The position numbers and the translations under genes are program-made. A stretch of 64,000 nt of DNA from Felis catus (taxonomy: Eukaryota): the NCBI RefSeq assembly GCF_018350175.1, contig NC_058368.1:176206001-176270000 (forward strand), written 5' to 3'. The notes under the pieces were generated by a model, which did no database searches, was not told the origin of the DNA, and worked only from the letters and a program-made list of their open reading frames with translations. Of the stretch, positions 1-12,889 are shown in pieces. The number at the start of each line of letters is the position of its first letter. Position 1 is the first letter of the stretch.

Positions 1-1129
1 AGTACATCTACGTATAATCAATCTTTCTCATTTGCAGTCATGAGAACCCAAACACAGACAGTACAAAAGGGGCTTACCCAACTTAGATTATGTGAAAATG
101 TTTTATTTGTATGAATCCTACGCTTATTTTTCCAGAGTCAGCCCAGAAGTACTGCAGTGTGTATGGAGAAGAAGTGAAGTTGAAGAAGTTTAAACGTTTG
201 CATCAAGTTCCCTCACTTGTTCTCTGACTTATTAAACCCCACTTCTTGCACCATGATAAAGCACTAATTTGGTTTATCCTGCATCGGGTTTCCATGGCGA
301 ATCCGACTTTCCTTCAGTTTTTGCCACAGTTACTTGCAAACTCTGAGTCTACATCTAATGTTTAATAGCATCTGTTGGAAATGGAAATGACTTGCCTGAA
401 ACCAAGGTTTAAAACTCTTGGTTTCTTTTTGCTAAGTTCAAGGGATCATTTCTACATTCCTAACTCTTGCCTGTGCCAATTGGTTCATCGCTCTGCTGCC
501 TTCTACCTTAAATAGCTTAAGGCAAAACACCTCAATTACCCCATCAGTTAAAGAAAGTTGTAGAGACTCCCTAAGCCCCTTCTCTAGGCTGACTTTCCTC
601 GTCCGGGTCGCAGTTTTGCCCCAGGCCTTGGCATTTTACCTGATTTCCTCATTTACAGAGTCACAACTACGGCCTAGTTTACGTTCATTTCACCTGGTGC
701 CTCCCGTGTCAGGCGGCCTTTGGTGTCACCGGGCACCAGACCCAAAGGAGCAGGTCAGGAGTGGGCGGGGTCAATGGCTCTCAGGACGCCACCAACTGGT
801 GGGGAGGGCGGTGTCAGAAGGCGGGGCCACCCAAGGTGACAGGTATGTTGTGTGGCGGTCCGGGTTGAGAAGTGTGAGTGGGAGGGACCAATGGGGGTCA
901 CAAAGGGTAAGCTTGGTCAGGATGGGGGAGCACGAGAGTGTCCAGAAGAGGGCAAGACAACCGCAACTGGAGAGAGGATCAAGGCCAATGGTCGAGGAGA
1001 TGGACCAAAGGGGGAGGGAGGGAGCAGCCGGCCCTGGGACGGGGCCAACGACCTCGGAGACTTGACCAACGGGGAAAGCTTGGGAGTGAGACCGCCGAGC
1101 TTACAGGAGGCCAGAGGAGCCTGGGTTTA

Positions 1130-1570
1130 GGGCTGCTGGGGCCCGACAGGGGTCCCGGGAATTAGTACCTGGATAAGCGCCTTCACCTCCAGGTCAAATT
1201 TGACAATCTCTTGGTTACAGATACGGACGTGGACATCCTGGGGAGCCGCCATGTTGAGGACGCCGACTACGGGCAGCGGCGGTGCCCAAATTTAACCGCG
1301 TTTCAGCATCGCCTTCCTTCCGCTCCAGGTCTTGCAGCAGCGCCCCCTAGAGACCGGCTTGAGGCGAGCGAGCGTGGCGGCGATGAGTCCTGGGGAGTAT
1401 ACCTGAAAACGCGGAGGGAGTCGGTTCTCCCCTTGGTGTGGTCCTAAGAAAAGGAAGAAGAGAAGGAGTATCAAGGGCGTTTTAACACTGACCTCTCCAC
1501 ATCTTCTATCTAAAAGCCATTCTAATCACTACATATTTTTTGCATAAAGGTGGGGGCGGGGGGAGAAGAC
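1130..1570 (-). promoter_or_regulatory. BNIP1 CpG-rich promoter/5' region
   Basis: CpG-dense, with a GC box at ~1552-1561, a CTCF-like motif at 1337-1355 and a YY1-type CAACATGGCGGC overlapping the start codon. Confidence 0.75.
1169..1252 (-). CDS. BNIP1: BNIP1 (SEC20 homologue, ER SNARE) first coding exon; gene continues off the left edge
   Basis: The reverse strand reads MAAPQDVHVRICNQEIVKFDLEVKALIQ (84 nt, 28 codons), recognised as the BNIP1 N-terminus. Start context is CAACATGG and the donor is CAG|GTACTA. BNIP1 is the known downstream neighbour of CREBRF. Confidence 0.95.
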
Positions 1571-2399
1571 TGGAAGGAAAGTATCACTTGGGATTCTCTA
1601 GAGGGTATAATTAACAATTTTTTATATTTCTTTAAACTTTCTTGTATTTTTCATATGTTCTACGGTGAATATGAATTGTGGAATAAATGCAAAAATGATA
1701 AATGTTATTAATACTTTTAATGTATGGGATTCAAGGCAGTTCTCTTGGAGCACCTCCTGTTGGTCCAAGGGTTCTAAAATCACAACTGATCAAGCCACCT
1801 CCCAGCTTACACCTCTTCTGTGGCTCCTGGCAGTTCCCTTTTGTGTACAGTTGGATTTATTAAATCTACCTCGCTGGAGTAGTTTTGATGGAAATAATTA
1901 AGAGCAGACTCTCAGAAAATGGTGGCTCTTCGTTTTATTTTTATTATTAAATTGTCCAAGTTTCTTAGCTGGTCTTCAAGGCCATCAGCCACCGCATCTC
2001 ATCCCACTCCTGGATTCCTCAGACTCTTTTTAGATCTGTAGCTTTGGAATGTGCTGTTCCCTCTTCTCAGAATGCGTTTCCCCTTTTGCTCCCACCCTGC
2101 GTACTTTGGTTCACATCAGCAAGCATGAATTAGGAAGACCTGAATGCCTAGTTTAATCCTCTCAACCACACTTGAAATAGTTATACCCCAGTTTTACAGA
2201 TTGGCAGATGGACTAAGAGTAGGTCAAAAGTGAAACAAAACTGAACATCCTGCCCCAAGGCTACCCAACTTGAGAGTGGCAGAGCCTTAACTGAGAGCCA
2301 CATCTTCCCTCAAAACTCAACACATGGCTTGCCCATCTGTGTTACTCCAGTGCTCCACGCACCTTCCCTTAAGGGAAGCTTGGGAGTCAACCCTGCTTG

Positions 2400-2725
2400 A
2401 ATCCTGCTGGACAACCCACTTCACATCTCTGTGCCTCAGAATCCTGAGGCTAACTGGTGATAATCACAGGGATGGCTGGAGCATTAAATGAGGTAATACA
2501 TGAAAAGCACCAAGCACCGTGTAGTAAATGCAGCAGATGTTTAAAAGCTCAACGTGCATTAGCTGCTATTACATTGCTGACATTTTTGGAGTACTTCCTA
2601 TGTGCCAGGCACTTTGTACAAAGTTCTTAATGTGTTTCATCTAACAATTCTCACAACAACCCTACGAGGTAGAATTGTCTGCATTTTACACATGAAGAAA
2701 CAGGCACAGGATGATTTGCCCAGGG
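2400..2725. mobile_element. MIR fragments (two, opposite orientation)
   Basis: MIR-like motifs TCTCTGTGCCTCAG..ATTAAATGAGGTAATA and CTCACAACAACCCTA..CATTTTACACATGAAGAAAC. Confidence 0.6.
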
Positions 2726-2739
2726 CAAATGGAAGTGCT

Positions 2740-3800
2740 AGATGAAAGGATATGTGCATTTTAAAATTTAGATACAAACTACCAGATTGCTCTTCATAGA
2801 GGTTACATCAGTTATCCACAGCAAGGTGGTACAAATGCCTGCGTTCCCATGGCCTCACCAACATGGTGTGTTAAACACTAGGATTTTTCCCAGTTTGATT
2901 AAATGAAACTGCCATATTTTAATGTGCATTTCTCTTATTATGAATGAGATTGAGTGCTATTTGTAGTTACTTTACTCATTTCTCTATTGGGTGGTTGGTT
3001 TTTCATACTAGTTTCCAGGAGCTCTTAATATATTAGGAGGATTAGCCCTTAGAGATGAGTTTTTTCATAGTCTATAGCATTTTGACTTGGCTTACGATGT
3101 TTTTGACTTTAAAAAGGTTTCAACTTTTTTTTGTTTGTTTCACATAGAATTTGTCGATCTTCATTTATGACTCCTGAATTTGGGATCCAAGTTAGAACAT
3201 TCTCCCCACCCCCTCCCACAGATTTTAAAGGAATTGCCCACATTTCCTGTTATGTATACAGTTTGAAATATGGTGTGAGATACAGAGCCAACTTTTCTTT
3301 CTCCAGAGTTTCCCAGTTGTTCCAACGCTATTTTCTGAAGAATCCGTCTTTTTTTCTCCCTGGTTCTGGATGGCACATTTACCATAATAAATTCTTATGT
3401 TTGAATCTGTTTCTAAACTTTTCCTTCTGTTCTATTGGCCTATTCATTTATGCACCAAAAATTTTTAGTTTTATTTATAGTCTTATGTGTTTTAATGTTT
3501 GGATTAAACACCCAATCTTTTTTTCCCCCTAGCATCATCTTCCAGCTATTATTTTTTTCCCCATATGAACTTAGGCGTTTTTTTTTTTTTTTTTTTTTTT
3601 AAAACCCCATTGGTATGTCTTATTGAGATAGCATTACATTTGTTAATTTTGAGGACTGACAGCTTCATGTTGTTGGCTGCTCCAGTTCAAGAACTTGGGT
3701 CTTTCTTTCCATTTGTTCATGTCTTCTTCTATGTCCTTCATATTATTTTAAACTTTTCTTTATCCAGACCCTGTACATTTTAAGTTCATTCCCGGTGATG
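2740..3800 (-). mobile_element. Old L1 (L1M-type) fragment
   Basis: T-rich degenerate L1 ORF2 3' motifs (TTTAATGTGCATTTCTCTTATT, CCCAGTTGTTCCAACGCTATT). Confidence 0.6.
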
Positions 3801-4479
3801 TTTTAAGTTTAGAATCTTTTAAAGAAACTGACATTTTTCAGATCACTCAAAAGTTTTGGATCCTCAAATAGAAGCTCCCTATTTAGGACGCATGACCTTG
3901 GGCCTCTATGCAACTGACAGTCTCCATGCAATTCTCTACATAGCAATTAGAGAAGAAAACACAGATCCCCTTTTCTCCACCTCCAACATGCTCCCTTCTA
4001 ACGAAGAGACCCAACTCTAAGCCCTTAATCTAGAGGCCATCTTTGAGGGATAGATGTACAGTGTGGTGACCCACACTCTCGATCACAGGCTGCTTTGGCC
4101 AACACTATTTTGCTTCTAGCACCTCTACCCACACATCCTGAGACTAACTTTTGGTTACTACGTCTGCTTGGTTTTAGCTTTAGTTCTTTCTGGTTTCAGA
4201 TTCTAAGCCTATTATCTCCCTCCTACACAGATACCATTATATATTGCCCGTGACCTGGCCTGGCCCTTCAGGAGTATGAATCGTCTCTCAGTGCAGACAG
4301 CAGACAGGAGTTTGAATTGGGGCCATCACACACGCTGGGTGTGAGGTGAGTCTCCTCAACGGAGTTTATTCTCCTTTGTAAGATGGACACAACCCACCTC
4401 ACTGCGCCACGGAGAGCAGTTACCTGACAGGAAAGCACCTAGCAGGGGTTTAATGAATGCTACCCCCAGCCTTCTAGAC

Positions 4480-4683
4480 TTTTTTCTTTTTTTTTTTAAT
4501 ATTTATTCTGGGGAGAGCGTAAGCGGGGACAAGGCAGAGAGAGGGAGACAGAGGATCCAAAGCGGGCTCTGTGCTGACAGGCTGACAGCAGAGAGCTGGA
4601 TGCGGGGCTCAAACTCACGACCCATGAGATCATGACCGGAGCCGAAGTTGGGCACTTAACCAACAGAGTCACTGAGGTGCTCC
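4480..4683 (-). mobile_element. CAN-SINE
   Basis: Reverse complement of the tRNA-derived head, (CT)n tract and A tail. Confidence 0.85.
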
Positions 4684-5767
4684 TAGCCTTTCTAACACCC
4701 TCTTCCTATTATAAACCTTTCAGCAGGAATATTAAAGCATTTCCCAACTTATGTCTTTCTTGCTTGCTAAAGAGCTCTCCTGGTTCTGAAATCACTGGGT
4801 GAGGAGGGACAACCGAACAACCCATTTAACTAGGTGCTACCCACAAAAGGTTTGGTTTCCTAAGGACTATACTGACTTGGCTCACCCAACTCCTTAAAAG
4901 TTCCCAGACCATGACAGAGACTCCTGGGATGGAGGTCAAGTCCTGAAGCAGAACCAGTCCCTGAGAGGCCACGTCCACTTTGCTCTCTGATGGCCCCAAT
5001 ATCCCTTGAATGAAGCAAAAAGAGCTTTTTGCAAGAGTCCTGGGACATCACGAACACAAGCCTGTCAATTCTTCCCTAACATACCCTACTGGATGTGGTA
5101 CCCGCATCCTTGCAAGTATCTAGGCCAATAACGTACCCAGAACCCTTTCCATTTGTAACAGCTCTTGTCTTGTTCCACGATCCTGTTCACATGCTGCCTC
5201 CCCTCAGCAACCTCAGGAGTTCCTGGATGTCTCTCTAATCTCTTTACAGTCCGTACCTAGCACAAGTCTTGGCGGAGCATGGGCTAAACAAATGTTTGTT
5301 GGCTGAAGGAACACAGTGCCACGGTGGTGTTCACTCAGGTCCCCTCACTTAAGGCTCTGTGTATAGACCCAGCCTATCTCAGAGACGTACTTTGATTAAA
5401 CATACAAGCACATACAAATGTTTAAGTCAGGAGAGACTTGAAACATTTTATTTCCCTTGCTTGCCTGAAGAATCAAAGACGAAAAATACACGTAAACTAA
5501 ACTATGTTCCAAACTATGAAGAATGCAAATGTTTTCATCAACAAATAATTTTCCATAATCACTAACTTTCACTAGAGTACTGAAAAAGCCCGAAGTGTCC
5601 AAAACGTTAGCTCTTTATGCCCTACGCCAAGAGAGGGGCAGCACAATCCACAGTTCACTGCTGTCTTTAGTTGGCAATTTCTTTGCAGACGGGGAGATGG
5701 TTAGCCCCCTTGGTAAACGACAGAAAAGCAACAGAGAAGGGAAGGGGAAAACATGAGGCAAACAATT

Positions 5768-8700
5768 CAAAACCTTTTCATCTTTTTTTTATTTTAAATT
5801 ACAAAGGATGTTGCATACACTGATGAATCTGTATCTGACTAGAAGTGCTGGGGGGTTGGAAGGTGACAGAAAACAAAGGCAACATTTGAATTGCCTCTTC
5901 TTCTGAAAAGAAAAACTGCACAACTATTAACCAACATTTAATAGAATAATTTTTAAACAGCTCATGCGTCAACAAGATAAAATTCTTTCTAGACAAAAGA
6001 CAAGACTGAATCCAATAAGTTTCATAGCTCCAGTTGGGGGGATGGGGAAACAAAACTACAGAATATTTATGATAGCATTACAAACAGGATCCTACGCCAC
6101 TACGCAAAAGAGGTTGCCACATTGTATGAACGAATGCTCTGAATTCTTGCCCTTCCGCTCTTCTCTTGTGACTTCTCATGTGCGGTCAGCCCTAGTATCA
6201 ACTGTTAATCACAAATGCTAAGTTGGAGGACAAATCCTAGGGAAAGAAGGTTAAAAAAAAAAAAAGCAGGCAGCGGAATACAGTGTCATAAAGATGCGGT
6301 GGAGAAGGCAGATACAGTACGCACATACACATTTCTGTTATTTGGTTCCGAAAAAAACAAAGGGCGAAGGGCAAGACACAGTAGTCCGTCCCGCTCCCAT
6401 ACACCCAGAATTTAATTACCTACACACCATTGTGTTTACATGGTTATGAAAGAGGCAAACCTAGTTCACCTGAACTTGGCACACTGAGATACCAGACCCT
6501 CGTGTTCTTCGCTAGTCACCAAGTCTTCGATTCCAAGATAACTGTTTGGAAGCAGCTTTAAGGTTCTAGTCCCTCACTACTACACCCAAACCTCTCTTTT
6601 CTAAAGAAAAATGGCAATTTGGCATCATTCAGTTCCTAGGTGTAATTTCTACAATTTCAGTCAGTTTACTAAGCATGAGGATTATGCTTCAACACATAAT
6701 CCCACTCGCCTATGGAAGTGTAAAACTGTCAGTAGTACATTTTCATCATCTTTTCCCAACATGCTTATTCCTTAAAACGAAACAACTGTTCCTACAGCGG
6801 ACATTCATTGTTCCATCCCAATGTGTTTGAAATATTAAAAAAACATGGAGTCATCTTCTCATAATGCCCTTATTAAGATTACAAAGATTACAAAAGAATC
6901 CACAAGTATTACGGCACTGTGTGAGACTTATTTGTCATGATCCAAGGGAAGAACAAGACTGCAATTCTGTGCAAAGTTGTGGAAATGGCCTCAGTTCCAT
7001 GGGAAATGGTATTCCACAATCGACTTCACTAGAAGGATAATTGAAACCTTTTACTTTAACACTGAAAGCATAATTCAATGCATTCTCAAAATTCAAGTTT
7101 CAAGATTTGGAGAGATGCTAACATTCTCTTACATAATTAACTAGAAAATACTTGAACAGAATTTTAGGAAGACTATATAAAGAAAGGGAACATAAGCTTT
7201 TGTTAATTCCTGCTGAAGGCAACTTGAATTTGTTTCTTAGAAAGTTAACTAAATCTTAGCAGCTAAAATATTTTTAAATGTATGGAATAAAGAAAAGCAC
7301 ATCCATTCTTGACATTTTGGTGAATAAACTAACAGCTTTATTAATGAAGGCAAACATCAGATAATTGTATGAATAGTATATATAAAAAAAGAAATCCAAA
7401 CTAACAGCATTGTATTTCAAAAGTACTGTACTTCTGTTTCTTTTAAAGAGACTTGTCATCTGTTTTATAAAACAAACAAAACGGGTATTCTTCTCCTAAA
7501 AAATTCTGGAAAGATGAAATAGTCAATTTCAAGCTGATGAACTGAACACACCTTTCTTTAAATGCAGACTATTGCTACGGAGCAAATAAAGTCAAGCATC
7601 AGAAAGAAGATGTAGGACAAATTCATGAAAGTCAGAAAAAAGGGATGTAGTGAAATTACTGCTAAGTCTTTCCCTCTCATATTTAAAGACCATTCAAAAC
7701 TGGTCTTCCATACAAATATAAAATAACTGTGAAGAGAGGGAATTTGAAACCATACCCATCTGAAATCCTTCACGATGTGTTTATAATTGCTCTGATTCTC
7801 TTACCAAAAAGGTCAAAGTGAAAGATTTAGGAAGTGGAAGGGAATGAAGATGTTCAGTTTCAATGTACAAGTAAGGCACAATATAAAGCCACATCATAAT
7901 CTGTCATGAAGGATATAGGAAAGGACAAGAATCATACATGGTACAGTAGGACAAGCAATCATATTGACTGAAAAAGTGTGGCACCCAATTCAAAACTCAG
8001 ACAAGATCTTAACAAGAACAACTGGACAGCATGCTTTCATATGGAGACAAACTCTATAAAGAATCCAGTGTATCTGAAACGAGGAAGAACGTTTTTTGTA
8101 TTTTTTTTCTTAGATCATAGTAGTACTCGAGTCAAAGTTTATAATTGCTTTTGGAACAATGGGTTTACTTGAGGTGAATTCACAATGCCTTCACTTAAAG
8201 TAAGATTCTGGACTTCATTATGAGCTACCTGTATACCATGTATGAACACAGAAAACCTTTAGAGAGCTCTTCTCTAATGATCTTCGCCCAAAAATACATG
8301 CCACAATTTTCAAAAACAGAACATGTACAATTGTTGGGGTTTTTACGTTACCCTTATAAGATCTGTTGTGTGATACACTAAACGTATATATTTGAATGAC
8401 AATAGAGGAAGCAGATTATTACTGGCATTAAAGTACAACCATTTCTAGACGGTTTTAAATGCCACAGAGTCCCCTGGTTAAAATGTAAAGCTGCACAGCT
8501 TGCCTATGTCATCTTTATGATAAAGTTAAAACAGCAAGAGGATTTAACTTTCACTCTACATTTTACTGCCAGGTTTTTTTTATTTAGATCAAGTATCGCT
8601 GCAGCATTCTGACCAGCCCAGATTTAGCAGCAAATGGCAGGAATCATATAAAATGCAATTTTTTTTTTAACAAAGTGCTTTTCTAAGATATACATACATA

Positions 8701-11331
8701 TATAAATAGGTACAAAATAAAGTGTCAACATTAAAAAGCTCAACTATTTAAAAGCTTTTAAACTATTTAACTTAAGTAGTACATATAAAACACTGAAATG
8801 CAAGGATATGGAATCTACTAAACAGATTCAAAGTCTTTTTTTTTTTTTTTCTGAAATGCAAGACCAAAAAATCAAATTCTGGTTTGCAGACAGGAAAAAA
8901 GTATCAAAAACCAGAATTCCTAACAGAGCAGCTAGAAAGGGGCAATTTTATAAACCTCATCAGCTGAATCTCTATCATGAAGTGATTTTCACCTGATTGC
9001 AAAACTGCCATATTTTGGAACATGTTTCAATCTACTAAACACACTCTGTCAAAACTTCAGATACTTCCAAGTTATAAGCCTGTGCTCTGCCTTCTCCCAC
9101 CTGAAGAGGAAAAACTTTAAACAATGAGCTTACGTTCTATTAAACCATTAGATCTGAGCTTATCGCCTGTTGAGCATGAATGCACTGACCAGGTACATTT
9201 CCACCAAGCACACAGGAAAATCTTGTGTATCACAGTTCAGCTAAGGTGTTAATCCTTTTCTGAGTTTCCTTTTCATGATGTCAAAGAAGCATATAAGGAC
9301 ATAGTTCAGTTGTTACTGTTTTAGAATCAAGCCTTTATAAGCTATAGCTTCATATGCTACAGCTTACAAATAGCGGTGAGGGTTGGGGGAATAAAGTAGA
9401 AGAAAAGGAAACACACTGTAAAAACAAAATATAATTAAGGAATAAATTCTCCAGGGAGTAACAGAGAAATGGTTGGAGAAATAGATACTTTCCCAGCAGC
9501 TAGGTCTGAAATTTTTGGTATTTTTTCTGGGCTAGATAGGATTTTTTTTTGTTTTTTTAAGTATAGTTTTTAAGCCACCAGTTTTCAGAGTTCAAAACAC
9601 AAGATTTGAGAATCAACAGTAAGAGAGACAGAATGGAAAGATCTGTGGGGAAGGTTTATAATGCTGCCTTGACACAAGAAATTTCTCATCAAGAGGTAAA
9701 GCTTTAACATAGTTAAAACACTGACTAATGAAGCTGTTTTATGTGAGCAAAAAAGAGCACCTAAAAACTAAATGTGTTAATTATTTCTCAGTTCTAGAAA
9801 CATAGAAGAAGTCACATGTAAGTTTGAAGAAGCTAGTTTGAAAATACCTGTACAAAAATATAAAAATCTATAAATTGTTTTTGTTTTAAGCTTGTGTTGA
9901 TCTTTGAAAATATTACATGCACAATAATACATTGATTGGAAAAGTGGCAACTAAAGAATTAGATATTTTTAGCTTTTTTTTCTTTCTTTACATATATATA
10001 TATAATACAATAAAAATAATCTGTATTTTGGTTGTTTGGTGGAAGTATACTACAATAAGCTAAATAAACTTTAATTTTCAAGGTCAAAAACTATTTTACC
10101 AATAGCTTACTAAAATGAAATATATTAAAATTTCCTACAATAAGTGCAGAAATAAAAAGACTTACGGACATCTAAATGGCCACCAACTTATCTACTATGG
10201 AAGCGAATGAGAGGAACGGCAAAATAATATCTGTATGTGTGGATGCTCCTTCTGTAGATAATTGGACCCAAACAGAAATAAGATTCACAGTTCAGTAAGA
10301 TCCCTAACCCTGACCTTTTCATTTTTCTGGGTTTTTTTTCCTTTGTTTTTCATACATTCATACAGTATCATGTAAGCTGTGCAAAACTTTACTTAGACTG
10401 GCAGTTTGCCATATCAGTTGCATTTGTCTTTGGTACAAAAAATAAAACAATCGCAATAATGTGCAAGTATTTGTCTTCTTCCGGTCAAGTACCGAAATAG
10501 GAGTTTTCTAGAGCCATCTTTTTTTTGTTTGTTTTTTTGTTTTGTTTTTTATACAATACACAGACTCTGTGGCATATATCTACATTTCAACATAGTCCTA
10601 TATACATTCAAAAAATTTGAAAAAGAGTTGGAACAAAAAAACATTTAAACCCCATAATTTCTCCATCTATATATCTTGTTTCTCCTCAGTAGGGTTTTCA
10701 TCATACAAAATATTACCAGTTTTATAGTTTCCCCAAAATACAAGGCACAAAGAATATGCTTTTTTTTCTTACTTGCACAGACATTATATATATATCTATA
10801 TATATATTTATATATACCATATTGAGCTCGGAAAATGAACTTCTAATATGGCACATGGGCATGAGTGCTGGGTTGTGCCATGTACAAGTGAGATTAATGG
10901 TTGTGGAAAAATCAGAACAGAAGGAATAATTCTAAAAACAATCTAAACGGACTGTTTAAAAAAATGCTTCCTCAATTTTTTTGTGTGGTTCAGAGCATAA
11001 ACCTGCCACAGTATTTGGCATTTACTAATATCTTCACTCCTCCGAAACTTGTTTGACTTTAACAGATTTTCGCAATCTGTACCTAAACGTTTACTTAAAT
11101 GTACACGTTCCAATTCTGATGCCAGTAGCAGTTTTAACCATGGTTTATGCTCTGAAAATGCAATAATCAAGTATTTTGGATCATGCTTCACTTATGCTAC
11201 TTAGTTCTTAAAACAATGTAACCTAATCAATGTTTACATAATGCTAAACTGACATGCAAAACAGAATGAAAATTTACAATGAATAATGTGACAAACACAG
11301 ACATTTCTGACCAGTGGTCCAATGAGGCTGA
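5768..11331 (-). other. CREBRF: CREBRF long 3' UTR (terminal exon 9)
   Basis: Runs from the TAA stop to the poly(A) signal. AT-rich, with no recognisable transposons and many miRNA seed matches. The 3' end is approximate. Confidence 0.75.
5788..5793 (-). terminator. Distal CREBRF polyadenylation signal
   Basis: AATAAA on the minus strand followed ~25 nt later by a GU/U-rich element (TTGTTTGCCTCATGTTTTTCC). It lies at the end of the repeat-free AT-rich block. Confidence 0.7.
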
Positions 11332-11447
11332 TTACACTTTTGACGTTGGTATCCTTAGTCCTACAAGGCCTCCAGTGGGATTGCCTTCTGCCGTCTTCTC
11401 TAACACTTGGTTAACAAATTCTGAGGTTTGCCCAGCCACTGGGAGAC
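11332..11447 (-). CDS. CREBRF: CREBRF exon 9 coding part (G)LPVAGQTSEFVNQVLEKTAEGNPTGGLVGLRIPTSKV*
   Basis: Acceptor TTTTTCCTAG|, 116 nt, phase matches exon 8, TAA at 11334-11332. Confidence 0.95.
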
Positions 11448-11624
11448 CTAGGAAAAAGAAATAAGGCACACTAAGGCACAGAAATGGTGATGGCATAGAT
11501 GGAAGGTGAGAAGTAGGCAGGTCTGAGGGTCAGGGGTGGCCCCCAGCTTGATACCAGTCCTAGATGAGTACTCAGCTGCTTGCTACTATAGAAATTCAAT
11601 CTCCTCATCAGATTAGAGCCTACA

Positions 11625-11840
11625 GTTTTAAAATGTGTATTTATTTTGAGAGAGATGGGGGGAGGGGAGGGCAGAGAGAGGGGAGGGGCGAGGGATGGGG
11701 GGGGGGCGTGGAGAGAATCCCAAGTAGGCTCCATGCTCAGCACAGACCCCACACGGGGCTTGATCCCAAGACCATGAGATCATGACCTGAGCTGAAACCA
11801 AGAGTCAGATGCTTAACTGACTGAGCTACCCAGGTGCTCC
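11625..11840 (-). mobile_element. CAN-SINE
   Basis: SINE body with TSD-like AGAGCCTACAGTTTT / AGAGCCTATAATTTT. Confidence 0.85.
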
Positions 11841-12149
11841 AGAGCCTATAATTTTTAGATTAGAAAGGTCAAACCAATAATGAAGAATGGTTAATCACCA
11901 TTTTTAAGTGGGAGAGATGACAGGTAACAGGTTCCAAAAAATAGTCCAAGCCCAAACCCACACCCACCAGCAAGCGTTGTTCCCCAGCCCAGCATGTTTG
12001 CTCTGTTTTTTCAGCCAGTCTCTTCCAACTTCTCCAGCCTCTGTGCATTCCATGGATGGGTTTCACCCATGTAACTGAAAACTCTGATCTGAGGGATGTT
12101 TTCAGTAATTTTTAGAACTACTGGATTAAGTTTATGTTCCCTTTTCATT

Positions 12150-12375
12150 TTATTTTTTATTAAAAAAAATTTTTTTTAACCTTTATTTTTGAGACAGAGA
12201 GAGACAGTGCATGAACGGGGGAGGGTCAGAGAGAGGGAGACGCAGAATCTGAAACAGGTCCCAGGCTCTGAGCTGTCAGCACAGAGCCCGACGTGAGGTT
12301 CAAACTCATGGACCGTGAAATCATGACCTGAGCCAAATTCGGCTGCTTAACCGACTGAGCCACCCAGGTGCCCTC
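12150..12375 (-). mobile_element. CAN-SINE (felid SINEC_Fc-like)
   Basis: Full-length body with the GCTCAGAGCCTGG felid-type insert. Confidence 0.9.
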
Positions 12376-12535
12376 CCCACCCCTTTTCTTCATTTTAAAG
12401 AAAGTGAATGAATAAACAAAAGTTGGAAGAGAAGAGGGAAAAAAAGGTAGAAGATAGTGTATGTTGAGTTTTTCATCTTCCTCATCTCCTACAGCTGAAG
12501 TCAAAAGATACTTCAAATCAATAAGTCAAATAACA

Positions 12536-12775
12536 GGGGCACCTGAGTGGCTCAGGCGGTTGAGTGTCCGACTTCGGCTCAGGTCATGATCTCGTGGTCT
12601 GTGAGTTTGAGCCCCGCATCGGGCTCTGTGCTGATAGCTCAGAGCCTGGAACCTGCTTTGGATTCTTTGTCTCCCTCTCTCTCTGCCCCTCCCCTGCTCA
12701 TGCGCTCTCGCTCTCTCTCTCTCTCTCTCTCTCTGTCAAAAATAAATCAACATTAAAAAAAACTAAAAAAAAAAA
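12536..12775 (+). mobile_element. CAN-SINE (felid SINEC_Fc-like)
   Basis: GGGGCACCTG head and perfect 16-nt TSD AATAAGTCAAATAACA (12520-12535, 12775-12790). Confidence 0.92.
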
Positions 12776-12889
12776 ATAAGTCAAATAACAGAGGTATAAG
12801 CACGTTTTAAAAGTAATGAGAAAATAAATGATTAAAACAAGACGGAAAGAGAAAAATATCTAGTCACTGCTCCCAGGAAGAAGTCAAAA

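Noticed and set aside
616..1165. Plus-strand ORFs of 75-149 aa in BNIP1 intron 1
   Set aside because: GC-rich region where stops are rare, non-ATG starts, no recognisable protein family.
1..1168. BNIP1 exon 2
   Set aside because: I could not find the expected continuation (DIRDC...) on the minus strand, so it presumably lies beyond the window.
12226..12779. Recurrent ORFs such as MAQSVKxPTSAQVMIS... and tRNA-like A/B boxes
   Set aside because: These are translations of tRNA-derived CAN-SINEs repeated across the window, not genes or true tRNAs.
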